NCBI GenBank assembly: GCA_951406725.2 | Contig: OX597824.1 | Coordinates: forward strand, 91,264,001 to 91,328,000 | DNA length: 64,000 nucleotides | Origin: Octopus vulgaris | Taxonomy: Eukaryota | Reading direction: 5' to 3' | Shown: positions 44,417 through 59,115 of the stretch, piece by piece | Numbering within the stretch: the first letter of the stretch is position 1 | Layout of the letters: each line of letters begins with the position of its first letter | Notes under the pieces: model-generated | Told to the model about the DNA's origin: nothing | Databases searched by the model: none | Seen by the model: the letters and a program-made list of their open reading frames with translations, nothing else | Program-made: the position numbers and the translations under genes

Positions 44417-44448
<32 letters not shown>

Positions 44449-44572
44449 TAAATTAGAGAAAAAAACACTATTATGCAATTCAAACAATGATAGACATAAA
44501 CCAAATCATAAATAAAAAATAAACTATATTTTTTAAAAAACATATAACTAGACCACAATATGTACAAAAATG

Positions 44573-44614
<42 letters not shown>

Positions 44615-44828
44615 ATATATATACATATACATAATACTTCATGTTTATCGTCTTCTTCAGGTATAGCCTGATGGTACGATTTTCATCTCATCACAGAAGA
44701 TGGTTTCGTCACAGAAGACTTGAGTCGTAACATCTGACCATGTTATTATGAGAAGACAATATACGCAAATATCTCCACATGTATAAGATCGTCTGATCGA
44801 TTTTCCCTCGCATGAAATACGCACGCAC

Positions 44829-44879
<51 letters not shown>

Positions 44880-45370
44880 CTGTATATTTACGACAGGCTT
44901 CTTTCAGTTTCCGCCTACCAAATCCACTCACAAGGCTTTGGTGGGCCCGGGGCCATAGTAGAAGACACTCGCCCAAGGTGCCACGCAGCGGGACTGAACC
45001 TGGAACCACGTGGCTGTTAAGCAAGCTACAGCCACTCCTACGCCTTATATGTTTATAAATGCATTCATATTTGTGTGAATATGTGTGCTCTCAATATCTC
45101 TCTCCCTCCCCACTCACTTTCTCTCTTACTCCTACTAGCTCTCACTTTCTCTCCTTCCGTCTCTCTGCCTTTTTCTTCTTTACTCCCTCTCACCCTCCCG
45201 CTCTCTCGTTCATTCGCTCTGCTCATTCAATCTTGTCCATTATCTTCACTGCTCCTCTCTTTTCCCATTGCCCCAGTCACCGGCCAAATAGCAAATAATA
45301 TTTTTTGAAATGATGAATGTAGTCGCAAAGTAATGGCAGATAACTATGACTGCTGTTTGAATTGTACATA

Positions 45371-45697
<327 letters not shown>

Positions 45698-45698
45698 A

Positions 45699-46376
45699 AA
45701 CTGCAGAATATGTGGAGATGGACAAGAAACAATAAATCATATTATCTCTAGCTGCCCAGTCCTGGCTAAGAAGGAATATATTCACAGACATGACAGAGTT
45801 GGAACTTACATACATTGGAAGCTATGCCAACATTATGGAATAACAACAGAAAAAAGATGGTATAGGCACACACCAGAAAAGGTCACAGAAAACGAGAAAG
45901 CAACCATACTCTGGGATATGCCGATACACACAGATAGAGAAATTAAGGCCAACAGACCAGATATAGTTGTCAGAGACCATGAAGAAAAAAAATGCTTTCT
46001 AATTGATGTATCAGTACCGGCAGATGACAACGTGTCTCTAAAAGAAATGGAGAAACTCTCAAAATACAAAGACCTGGAAATAGAGGTAACTAGAATGTGG
46101 AATCTGAAAACAGAAACAATTCCTATCATAGTAGGTGCATTAGGCATGATAAAAAAATATTCAGACAAATACATAACAAAAACACCAGGACTTACAAACA
46201 CATATAACATACAGAAAATTGCACTACTGGGCACTGCACACATCCTACGCAGAACACTTTCCATACAATAACCATCAGAGCATCACAACAAATCACAGCA
46301 CAAACCCAAGGCACACAGAGCTGTGCTCGGTAGTGAAGTGAAAGCACGCTATAAAAATAAAAAATAAAACTACTGA
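45699..46376 (+). mobile_element. 5'-truncated R4/Dong-clade non-LTR retrotransposon (CCHC knuckle and restriction-like endonuclease, plus 3' UTR)
   Basis: Open frame 45699-46271: CRICGDGQETINHIISSC...RHD...ILWD..I.TD..I.ANRPDIVV.D....C.LIDV.VP.D......E.EK..KY.DL..E...MW.....IPI.VGALG. Flanked by (AAT)n on both sides. Confidence 0.9.
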
Positions 46377-46653
46377 ATAATAATAATAATAATATGGCAA
46401 TTCAGTACATATCACAATTTATATGTATTGTTAAACATTTAAACTATATAATATTAATAATAATAATAATAATAACAACAACAACATCAACAACAACATC
46501 AGCAACAACAGCAACAATAATAACAATAATAATAATGACAATGAAGATAATAATAATAATAATAATAATAATAATTTCTTTATTAGCCACAAGGGTTTAC
46601 ATGAAGAAAAGCATTATGGACAGCAGAGGACAAAACCCAAGAAAAAAAAATGT

Positions 46654-46693
<40 letters not shown>

Positions 46694-46777
46694 TTGTGAG
46701 GGTTTTACTTGTGCACAAGGCTAATATAATTAAGATAAAAAGAAAAGGAAGAAGAGATAAACAATGTGTAATCCTCT

Positions 46778-46834
<57 letters not shown>

Positions 46835-46861
46835 TGCGCATGTATGTATTTGTTGGGGCGT

Positions 46862-47239
46862 GGAGGCGCAATGGCGCAGTTGTTAGGGCACCGGACTTGC
46901 GGTCATAGGATCGCGGTTTCGATTCCCAGACCGGGCGTTGTAAGCGTTTATTGAGCGAAAAAAACTAAAGCTCCACGACCTCCGGCAGTGGGGGTGGAGA
47001 GGGGGCAGATGCTGCTGTACTCTTTCACCACAACTTTCTTTCTTCCTTTTTCTCTTGTACCTGTAATTCAAAGGAGCCAGCCTTGTCATACTCTGTGTCA
47101 CGCTGAATCTCCCCGAGAACTACTTTAAGGGTAGACGTGTCTGTGGAGTGCTCAGCTACTTGCACGTTAATTTCACGAGCAGGCTTTTTCGTTGATCGGA
47201 TCAACTGGAACCCTCGTCGTCGCAACCGACGGAGTGCCA
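46862..47239 (+). mobile_element. SINE family B, full length (tRNA-Arg-like head; resembles octopus OR-type SINEs)
   Basis: A box TGGCGCAGTTG, B box GGTTTCGATTCCC, 3' end ...GCAACCGACGGAGTGCC; several other copies in the window. Confidence 0.85.
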
Positions 47240-48328
47240 CGATATGTGGGTGGTATGTGTGAGGATTTATATAAATAGACACGGGGAAGAGAACGGGAGA
47301 GATATAGTGTAATACGAGAGAGAAAGCGAGAGTTTGAGAGAAAGAGAGTTTTAAGAGAAGAGGAGAGAGTTTGAAGAGAAAGTGGGAGGGAGAAAGAGGG
47401 ACGGAGGGAGGTGAGAAAGTGAGAGGGGGAGTGAGAAAGTGAGAGGGGGAGTGAGAAACTTGTACACAGAAGGAAAAGTAAATGAGAGAGAGCGAGAAAG
47501 AAACTGAATGAGGGTGAGAGAGAGAGTGTAGGTGTGAGTATGAGCGAGAGTGAAGTGGGAAATGGTGGTGGTGGTGGTGGTGGTGGTGGTGGTGGCGGGG
47601 AAGGAAATCGTAAGGAGACAAAGAAATGCATTTAGGAGCTTTCGGAAGTCTAATCCTTTCAATCGGGGATCGATTCCAAGGTTATCAATTGAGGCCAATT
47701 TATAATTAAACTCAAATCCTGACCTAGTTTTTTTTATGATGGAGAAGCAAGAATTCGTAGAATGGTAAAGCACCATTTCCTTGTTGCTATTTATCTTTTA
47801 GGTTTTTTTTTTTGTTTTGTTTTGTCTTTTATATTTGTTTCACTCATTGGAGTGCCGGCCATGCTGGAGCACCAGCCTCGAAAGTTTTAGTCGAGCAAAT
47901 AGACCACAGGACCTATTTGGTTTTTTTTTTTTTTTTTTCAAAGTCTGATACAATTCTATCGATTTCAGATACCGAACCGCTAACTATAGGGACTCAAAAA
48001 AAAACACCAGTTGATTTGCTGGTCAAGGACTAAATGGAAATTCTTTGTATGCTGACGCGTGTACACACACTCACACACACACACGCACACACGCACACAT
48101 GGTCACACACACACACACACTCTCACTCTTTTTCCCTCACATACATACACTCATATACACTCTATTTCTCGTACACATGCACATATACACACTTTCTTTC
48201 ATACACACATTCGTACACGCACATACACACACTAATCCACAGATACAAACACACATTATTTTACATATACACACGCTCTTTCCCACATATACATACATTT
48301 CCTCTCCTCTCCCACATACATACTCTAG

Positions 48329-48363
<35 letters not shown>

Positions 48364-48605
48364 TCTCTCTCTCACTCTTTTTCATCCACTGTCTCTCTCA
48401 CACGCTCTTTGTCTCTCTCTCTCTCACACTCTCTCTCACACACACACTCTCTCTCTCACACACACACTCTCACACATAAGTATACACACACTTTCTTACG
48501 CACATACACACACGCACACTCTCTCTTACACATGCTCTGGCTCTCTCTCACGCACACATACTCTCTCTCACACTCTCTCATACACTTTCTCTCTCAAACT
48601 CTCTT

Positions 48606-48648
<43 letters not shown>

Positions 48649-49548
48649 CTCTCTCTCTCTTTATCTCACACACATTCTCTCTCTTTCTCTCCCCCCTCTC
48701 TCTCTCTCACGCAATATAATCATAACGAGCATGAGAAACAGCGAGAACCAAACCAAATCTATTCCTTAATACGTTTCGACGTTCCGGCAGCCTTGGACAC
48801 GAATATGGCCAATCGCTGTTGGAATTCGTTATCAGCAATCAACATTTTTCGTTAGATGACGTATATTAAGAACACGCTCGTTTTAACAGAAAATAGATAT
48901 GAGAAGAAACAATAAGAGATATGATCGTGTTCGTGTGTCCGTGTGTCCGTGACCGTGTATATCTGTATTTATGCCGTACCGCTTAATATCCCGTAATTTA
49001 ACCGTTCGATAAACAACAGACTGTAAAATCTGTACCAAGATCGATATCATCGACAAAACTTATGAAGATGAGAATCAATATAGGAAGCTGATTCGGAAAT
49101 ATGAGATATTTCGATTTGGCTACCGACATACATACATACATACATACATACATACATACATACATACATACATGCATACGTACATACATACGTACATACA
49201 TGCATACATACATACGTACATACATACGTACATACATACATACATACATGCATTCATACATACATACATAAATACATACATACATACATACATACACAAA
49301 TACACATATTTTTATGTGTACGTATTACCCGACCCTCAGCAACCTTCGGCACCCACGCTCTTACATTTACACACTGACATACATTCATACATACATACAT
49401 ACATACATACATACATACATACATACATACATACATACATACATACATACTTACATACATGCATTCATACATACATACATAAATACATACATACATACAT
49501 ACATACACAAATACACATATTTTTATGTGTACGTATGAGCGCGCGCGC

Positions 49549-49621
<73 letters not shown>

Positions 49622-49631
49622 TGTGTGTGTA

Positions 49632-49847
49632 TACAGGGTTTCCATAAATTGTCTTCACAACTTCCACAGTTTATTGTATCTATTTATTGCTAGAAATCAA
49701 TGGAGCCAAGATGGAAGTGTTCTGGTGTTTCTAATAAAACCTTATTTGTTTGGCTATGTTTTTCCAATAAACTGTGCTGACTTATCATTATTTTTTATTA
49801 TTTTCGGAATTTTTCAAATTGTAAAGATAATTTCTGGACACACTGTA
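49632..49847. mobile_element. Tc1/mariner-type MITE
   Basis: TIRs TA-CAGGGTTTCCATAAATTGTCTTCACAA / TTGTAAAGATAATTTCTGGACACACTG-TA, with TA at both ends. Confidence 0.8.
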
Positions 49848-49858
49848 CACACACACGT

Positions 49859-49895
<37 letters not shown>

Positions 49896-50079
49896 CACAC
49901 ACACACGATATAATATAGTACTTTCCCCCTATATATATATATTTATATATATAGGGGGAAAGTATTATATCATACTATATTGTATCATATTATATTATAT
50001 TATATTATATTATATATATATATATATATATCCTTAACTCCTTAAATATGTTTCAGCCCGAAAGCTGCGGCCAAATATA

Positions 50080-50111
<32 letters not shown>

Positions 50112-50674
50112 CATATATATATATATGCATATATATATATACATAGGTATATGTACATACTTACATCTATAAGTATAAATGTATATGTAGGCACAGGACG
50201 TCACGAAACGTGTACAACAAAAAGTACGAAGCACGTGTACATGGAACATAAACTATTCTTTCGAACAATGAAAGACACAAATGGAAAGCAAAACAAATAA
50301 CATGAAGAACGACCCTACATCAGTTGTTGGTTGTTTTTCTAGTCTCGTATTTCGAGCATTTAACAACAATTTACAGAAAAACAGAAGGCGTAGACAGGTG
50401 TATAAACAACAAGCAGTTGTTTTAGTCTGACGCTCGGGAAAGTGAGAAAGTCTTTTACGTTTCGACAGAAAGGAATATGAAGAAATGAACAGAGAGAATA
50501 AAAAACTTGTGGAGTTAGCGGTCAAGCATGGTGAATATATATATTTGAGAGAAGAAAGAGATGGACGCTTCAATTCTATGCTGCTGCCGCATTATGTCGT
50601 ACGTGAACGAGAGGATTTGCATCCCCAACCAAGAATTTTTGATGTAACACATGTCCTTGTGGAAGCTGTTGTGC

Positions 50675-50752
50675 GCGGCTGAAGAAGGCCACAGACACAC
50701 ATTATGCTTTGTTATAAATCTGTCTAATAAAGGCCCGAAACATATGTACCGC
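50675..50752 (+). ncRNA. Type-I hammerhead ribozyme motif with palindromic stem III
   Basis: GCGG-CTGAAGA-AGGCC...GGCCC-GAAA-CATATG-TA-CCGC; canonical core, GUA cleavage triplet. Confidence 0.8.
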
Positions 50753-50860
50753 TGAATCCTTTGCCTCATGTTTTTATTTTTATTTTGATCAATTTACTCC
50801 ACCACCTACACCACCAAACGGTATACACAGGTGCTTATAATTATCAAGTACTCACCCCGA

Positions 50861-50938
<78 letters not shown>

Positions 50939-50939
50939 A

Positions 50940-51490
50940 ACAAGAGGCTAAACACAGAGAGGACAAACAAGGACAGACAAACAGATTAAGTCGATTATAT
51001 CCACCCCAGTGCATAACTGGTACTTATTTAATCGACCCCGAAAGGATGAAACGCAAAGTCGATCTCGGCGGAATTTGAACTCAGAACGTAACGGTAGACG
51101 AAATCTCTATTTCTTTACTACCCACAAGGGACTAAACACAGAGAGGACAAACAAGGACAGACAAACGGATTAAGTCGATTGTATTGACCCCAGTGCGTAA
51201 CTGGTACTTTATTTAATCGACCCCCGAAAAGATGAAAGGCAAAGTCGACCTTGGCGGAATTTGAACTGAGAACGTAACGGTAGACGAAATCTCTATTTCT
51301 TTACTACCCACAAGGGACTAAACACAGAGAGGAGAAACAAGGACAGACAAACGGATTAAGTCGATTACATCGACCCGAGTGCGATGAAAGGCAAAGTCGA
51401 CCTTGGCGGAATTTGAACTCAGAACGTAACGGCAGACGTAATACGGCTACGCATTTCGCCCGGCGTGCTAACGTTTCTGCCAGCTCGCCG
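50940..51490 (-). mobile_element. Tandem multimer of MetaSINE-like SINE (3 units)
   Basis: Reverse complement of the arrays at 16121 and 21015. Confidence 0.85.
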
Positions 51491-52010
51491 CATTACGCCA
51501 CGATATTAATATCAAAAACAAAACATCATCATCATCACCAGCAGCAGCAGTAGCATCAGCAGCAGTCGTAGTAACAGTGAATGGAAATGATGAGCAAACA
51601 AAGCAAAAAAACTAAACACGTAACAAACACAAATAAATGAGGTCATCATATTTTTAATGAATTTAATTAAATACTTAAAAGCAGATATAACTTGATTGAT
51701 AAGAACTATAACTTGATTGGCAACATCGGATAGGATTATTATTGGAGCGGAATGAAAAAAAAAGGAAAAAGAAAAAAGGTAAAAATAAAAAAATGTTGAT
51801 CTGGTTTTCTTATTGAAGAAGGGACAAACCCTTGGCATCGAGTGTCATGCTTGAGTGGATTAGTTATTGATAACTGTCAGCTCATTGAACGGAAAATCTA
51901 ATCTGCCGTTGCTTTTTGTTTTTTGTTATGATTCCTTATTTGCGATGTTTTCTTTATTCCTTTTTATCGTCCCCCCTCTATTCGCTCTATTTCCATCCCA
52001 GTTTGTGTGC

Positions 52011-52606
<596 letters not shown>

Positions 52607-52750
52607 AGTAGTGGGGGAGTTATGAAGCGCATTTAAATATATATGTGTGTGTGTGTGCGTGTATATATATGTATATATGTTTTTATATATATATGTATGT
52701 ATATATATATATGCATATATATGTTTTTATATATATAATAATATATATAT

Positions 52751-52790
<40 letters not shown>

Positions 52791-52863
52791 TTATATATTA
52801 CTATTTTACTCTTTTTCTTTTTACTTGTTTCAGTCATTTGACTGCGGCCAAGCTGGAACACCG

Positions 52864-52923
<60 letters not shown>

Positions 52924-52932
52924 TATATACAC

Positions 52933-53037
<105 letters not shown>

Positions 53038-53332
53038 CACATATTATTTGTTTCAGTCATGAGACTGCCTGGCCATGTTGGAGCAACGTTTTGAAAAGTT
53101 TTAGTCATAAAAATCGACAAGTACTTTGACATTTTTTTTAATGTCTGAATTTATTCTAATCGGTTTCTTTTGCCGAACCCTTAGGTTACGGGAACGTAAG
53201 CAAACCAGCACCGGTTGTCAAGCCAGTGCTCTTTATGGATCACGAACACAATCACAAAGGCACACACACGCACACGCCCCAATATATATATATATATATG
53301 TATGTATGTATGTATGTTTGTATGTATATGCA

Positions 53333-53379
<47 letters not shown>

Positions 53380-53381
<2 letters not shown>

Positions 53382-53680
53382 AGCATATCCCTTTGATAAG
53401 TCCTTATGTACGGAGTACAATTGTGTGTTGCATGTAGGATGAACCCACGGGTTAACAGTAAGGTTAGGAATATAGTGAATAGCTTACGATTTACTGAGAG
53501 ACGGTGCAGAAACATGACAACTACCCACATTGGAGAGACTGCACGCAGCTTAGGAGAGCGTATAGGTGGGCATTAGCGAAAGCTCAAAGAAGAGAAAGGC
53601 TGGACAGTGCTCTACCAACATGCTCAGGCTGAACATGGAAGTTCGATTGATAGCATTGAGGTTAAAGTATTATCTAAAAT
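53380..53680 (+). pseudogene. Decayed Penelope-like element fragment: Cys-rich linker plus GIY-YIG endonuclease
   Basis: Hand translation with one frameshift and one stop: PFDKSLCTEYNC/CRMNPRVNSKVRNIVNSLRFTERRCRNMTTTHIGETARSLGERIGGH*RKLKEEKGWTVLYQHAQAEH...IEVKVLSK. Matches the PLE pattern NVVY...C...YIGET.R.L.ER..EH....LY.H....H. Confidence 0.72.
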
Positions 53681-54779
53681 TACTCAAAATTTTCAAACTT
53701 TGTTAATAACTCTTTATTTATTGATTTAAAGCAAAACTGATTTTCATGGCATTCATCAGCCTATAAAAGTGTATCATTACACTAAATATGAAATCGATTC
53801 GAAGAGAAATTGATACTGGCTGCCCAGAAGAAAAGATAAAAAAATAACAGCGTGGCTATGTGATAAGTTTTCTTACCAATCACATGGTTCCGGGTTCAAT
53901 CCCACTGCGTGGCACTTTAGGTAAGTGTCTTCTACTCACAAGGATTTGGCCAGCCAGGGACAATAATGGAAGACACTTGCCAAAGGTATTACACAGTGAG
54001 ACTGAACCCTTAGGCATGTGATTGAGAAGCAAAGTTCTTAGCACACAGCCACGCCTAGTTTTTGACTTCACAAACCATCACGGACTTCCTAACACTCTAA
54101 TAGTTTACTTTCCGCTTTTATTTACCTGATTTTTCGCCATCACTGACCATCAACCACCAACCACCACGGGTCTTTCAGTGCAACTATTTCTTCTTTTATT
54201 TTTCCCTTTCATTTCTTACTGACCTGGTTGTTGCTGTAAGAGACCATTATCATCATCGTCATCATCATCATCATCATCATCATGAGCTGTCTTGGACCCT
54301 AATGTCCCACCATCCCATACATCAATGGCTGATCAGCACTATTTAATGAAAACAGGCCACATTTGCGAAAAAATAAAAATAAAAATAATAAAAATAAAAA
54401 TTTAAAAAAACATGAGAAAATATAAAGAAATAAAATAATTAGCAAATATTGAATCCCGATGTTGCATTACCATATAAATAATAACAGTGTGTGGTATAAT
54501 AGAGTGATTAACTGTGTATTAATATCGATTAGGCCCGATCACTGGGACGGAATTATTTCCTTTTTTTTATTTCTTTGTTTCGTTTCTTTCGTTTTAAAAG
54601 GCGTCTTTCTGAGATGTGGGTTGGATGAAAGTAGTTCATTAGTGAGTATAATAAATGCTGTTGGTACTGGCGCGAGGATGGGTTGGTATAGGAGGTGTAG
54701 TAAGGGTGGTGGGGCTGTGGGTGATGATGGTCGGGGTGATGGGGTGGGGATGGCGGTGAACGGAGTGATGGAGATGGTG

Positions 54780-55125
54780 GGGGCGGTGGTGATGGTGATG
54801 ACGGTGATGGTGGTAGCAGTAGTAGTAGTAGTGGTGGTAGTGGTGGTGGTGGTAGTAATACTGATAGTAGTAGTGGTGGTGGTGTGGTGGTGTGGTGGTG
54901 TGGTGGTAGTGGTAGTAGTAGTGGTAGTAGTAGTAGCAGTAGTTGTAGTAATTGTTGTGGCGGTAGTGGTAGTTGTAGTGGTAGTAGTGGTGGTAATGGT
55001 GGTGGTGGAAGTAGTAGTGGTGGTGGTGGTGGTGGTAGTGGTAGTACTACTACTACTACTACTACTAATTGTTATGGTGTTAGTGGTAGTAGTGGTGGTG
55101 GTGGTGGTGCTAGTGGTGGTAGTGC

Positions 55126-55160
<35 letters not shown>

Positions 55161-55300
55161 ATGACAAAAATAATAATGATGATAGTGAGGATGGTGGTGG
55201 TAGCTGGTGTGACCAAGTGGTCATAAAGACGACGGGGAATGGTTGGGCGTTGTTGTTGTTGTTGTTGTGGTGGTGGTGGTGGTGGTGGTAGCAGTGGTGG
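54780..55300. repeat. (GTG/GTA)n compound microsatellite
   Basis: Direct reading. Confidence 0.93.
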
Positions 55301-55795
55301 TGAGTTATAGTGATGGTTATTGATTGTAATAAAACAACAGATGAAACAGAATCGTGAGTGCGTTCCGGCCCTTTACGCCCTGAGTTCTAACCCTGCCGAC
55401 ATCCAGTTGCCATTTATTGTACCCCGTCACCTCCTTGTAGCGATGTGGTGGCCTTATGACCCTTTAATCCATGCCAGCACAGTTTCAAAAGACTACACTG
55501 TACCGTCCTGGCTCACATCATGGATCAAGCAATCCCAATAGGAAACCATGACGCAGATGGATACATCTTACAGAATATCCAAACAAGGCTTCAAAATTGA
55601 CGACATCACATGCAGCGAATGGACGACAAGAAATAACGAAGAAACATTCGTCGATTCACCAACACCATACTTCGAAATATACGTAGACACAGGCATATAT
55701 ATATAGGGAAAGTTTGCGAAAATAAACAAAAGACGAAGGCAGGTGGAGTACAAACAAACAAATGTATTAGTATAGCGCTCAGGAATAGAAAAAGT

Positions 55796-55831
55796 CTTTT
55801 ACCTTTCAAGCCTACGCTCTTCGACAGAAAG
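55796..55831 (-). ncRNA. Minimal hammerhead motif with CUGUCGA (A6U) core
   Basis: CTTT-CTGTCGA-A-GAGC-GTAG-GCTT-GAAAG-GTA-AAAG. Confidence 0.55.
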
Positions 55832-56019
55832 ATACACAGAAAAAAACAAGGAGAGAAAAAAATGCGTGTAGGAGCTAACGATCTATCATGGCGCCCTGAC
55901 ATATATATATTTATAATTATCAAATTCAATTAGAGGTTCAGTTTTACAAATGAATAATTATTAACTTCCCAATCTCCATTTCCTTTTCCTTCTTTTATGT
56001 AAATATATATATTTGTGTA

Positions 56020-56225
56020 CGTATGTCTGTGTTTGTCTCGCCACAATCGCTTGACAAGAGATGCTGGTGTGTTTAGGTGCCTGTAACTTAGCTGTTCGGC
56101 AAAAGAGACGGAGAGAATAAGTACTAGGCTTACAAAGAATAATTTATGGGGTCGATATCTTCGAATAAATGCGAGGCGGTGCTCTAACATGGTCGCAGTC
56201 AAATGACTGAAACAAATAAAAGAAT
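56020..56225 (+). mobile_element. SINE family A 3' half
   Basis: Match to the family A tail. Confidence 0.8.
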
Positions 56226-56324
<99 letters not shown>

Positions 56325-56341
56325 CATATTTCCGATGGTCG

Positions 56342-56402
56342 GATAACTGAAGAGATGGCGGCGTAGATTTCCACATCGGCATCTAAAACTCGGAGTTTTA
56401 TC
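56342..56402 (+). ncRNA. Type-I hammerhead motif (G12A mutant; family of 43943)
   Basis: GATAA-CTGAAGA-GATGGCG...CGGCATC-T-AAAA-CTC-G-GAG-TT-TTATC. Confidence 0.58.
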
Positions 56403-57145
56403 GTGGTTACCGAATAATTGTCACATATTACATTTATAGATAAATTCCTCTATTTACATAATATCGAGGTCTTTTTCTTTCTTTTGTTGTCTTACCATTT
56501 TTATCAATGTATATATATATATATATATACATATATCACTTGGAAAAGGATGCGTGGCGTTCGATCATATAATAATATGAATAATATATAAATATATGCA
56601 TATATACGCACATATATGAACATATCTACATCTATATGTATATATACATGCATATATGGGTACAGGACATAAAAAAAAACGTTGAACACAATGAGAAACG
56701 AAAACATAAAAACAAAAACATAGAAACGAACTTTTTTACGAACAACGGAAAAAAACACACGCAGAGAAACGAGATATACAACATTCCCGTTCTTCAGTTG
56801 TCCAGGTTTCAACTACTCCACGTTTCGAAGGTAAGACACGCGTACATACATGCATACATACACATACATACATACATACATACATCATACATATACACAC
56901 ACATACATATGTGTGTCTGTATATTACATAAGGATACACTTACACAATCGAGTCTAAATGTGATGTGATGTGTGTGTGTGTGTGTGAAATTAATATAGAC
57001 ACCAGTTTCCAATGTTTTACCAAAAAAGAAAACTATAAGTGTCACTAAATATGATTAAGGCGCAGAAACACCCACAATGCACTGCTAGAAATAAAAGCTA
57101 AATGGTCTAATACTGCAGTCAGGGATGCGTGTGTGTGTGTGTTTG

Positions 57146-57182
<37 letters not shown>

Positions 57183-57766
57183 TTATGCACACTGCCTTTG
57201 TATTTCGTACGGCCACGGTTGTTTTCAGGTTTGGGTGATACTCCTGCCCTCAAAGACTGGTGACCCATCACCTTAGTGCAAGCGTAACACGATCTACAAA
57301 AGAACGGCCACGCATTTAAGAACTGCTCAGCTGACAAAACATAGATTCCGTCGAGAGTCTAGACTGAAGTCTCGACCACACTCCCCAGCCTGTTTCCGTG
57401 ACCGACTTAACAATACATCTATTATTGCGTAATGTGTCAGAAAAATGTTCGCTCGGTCTGCGAGAAACAGAAGCAAGACCCGTCTGAAGCGGCAACCCGG
57501 CACGTTAAAAAGAGAATGACTCATGGAGGGTATGTCGCCTTTGATTATAAAAACCTGGGCGTCATCGATAGCTGAATGTGTGTGTGTGCATGTGTGTGTG
57601 TGTGTGTGCGTGCGTGTATGTGTGTGTGTGTGTGTGTGCATGTGTGTGAGAACGTACGTATGCACGCATATCTGTGCATGTATGCATGTACGTATGTATT
57701 TATGAATTTATGTATGTACGCATATGCTTGTGTGTGTATATGTCTGTAGATCGATCGATCGATCGG

Positions 57767-57844
<78 letters not shown>

Positions 57845-57864
57845 GATCGATCGATCGATCGATC

Positions 57865-57938
<74 letters not shown>

Positions 57939-58273
57939 CATATGAAATTTATAGAAAAAGAAAAGACGAAGACAGGTGTATAAACAACAAGCAAGTGTAT
58001 TAGTTTGACACTCGAGGAAAATGAAAAATTTTTTGTTTCGAACCTATGCTCTCCAATAGAAAGGAATAATAGAAAATAAACAGAGAGAGAGAGAGAGAGA
58101 GCATGAAAAAACTTGTAGATTTTAGTAGTCAAGCATGACGAATGATTAGAAAAATATATATACTCGTTATAATATGTTTACATATATGCATATATATATA
58201 TATATGTATATATATAAAAGAAAACGCACGTTACATATGCACACACACACGCACAAATACACGCACACAGACA

Positions 58274-58320
<47 letters not shown>

Positions 58321-58500
58321 CTAGGCGTCTATGCTACGGAAATAGAAATATTTAATCTAATATTTTAGACTATTTAAAGAAAGCCATCTGATATTTTCAT
58401 GTCTCATAATCAATTTTGGCAATCTGCTCCCAGATAGCTTTCATATTACCCAGACAACACATTAATATATATATACGCACACACACACACACACAGAGAA

Positions 58501-58571
<71 letters not shown>

Positions 58572-58959
58572 TTTATATGTGTGTGTGTGTGTGTGTGTGT
58601 GCGTGTGTGTGTGTATATATGTACACATACACAAACACACGCACGCACACGCACACATACACACACACACACATAATCATAAGCATATAGTAAATTATTG
58701 GAAACGCAATCTCGTAAGCCTATATATAGGTCAATGATAAAATAACTAGGTCAATGATAATAGATCTAGGTCGATAATTCTCCATGTTTTAAGGATTTTT
58801 TAAAAATAGTTCACCAACGGAATATCATCTCCCACCCCACTTCACCGTTTTGTCTTTTCTTTTTTTTTCTATCTTTTTCTTGTTTTTGACATCTTATCAT
58901 CTGTTATCAGTGCAAGAGAAATAAAAGATAGAAATTACACCTGTAGAACCACAATCACA

Positions 58960-59067
<108 letters not shown>

Positions 59068-59115
59068 CACACACACATACAAACATACACACATACATAC
59101 ACACGTATATGTGCA

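Noticed and set aside
49055-49120. ATGAAGA..GAATCA/TGATTC..GAAATAT as a hammerhead
   Set aside because: C3 is missing and no stem I can be formed.
49910-49970. Small hairpin TACTTTCCCCCTATA.../...TATAGGGGGAAAGTA as a pre-miRNA
   Set aside because: Centred on (TA)n; more likely a fold-back scar; no expression evidence.
54459-55291. Mucin-like poly-Thr or Gly/Ser-rich ORFs
   Set aside because: Translations of the (GTG/GTA)n microsatellite.
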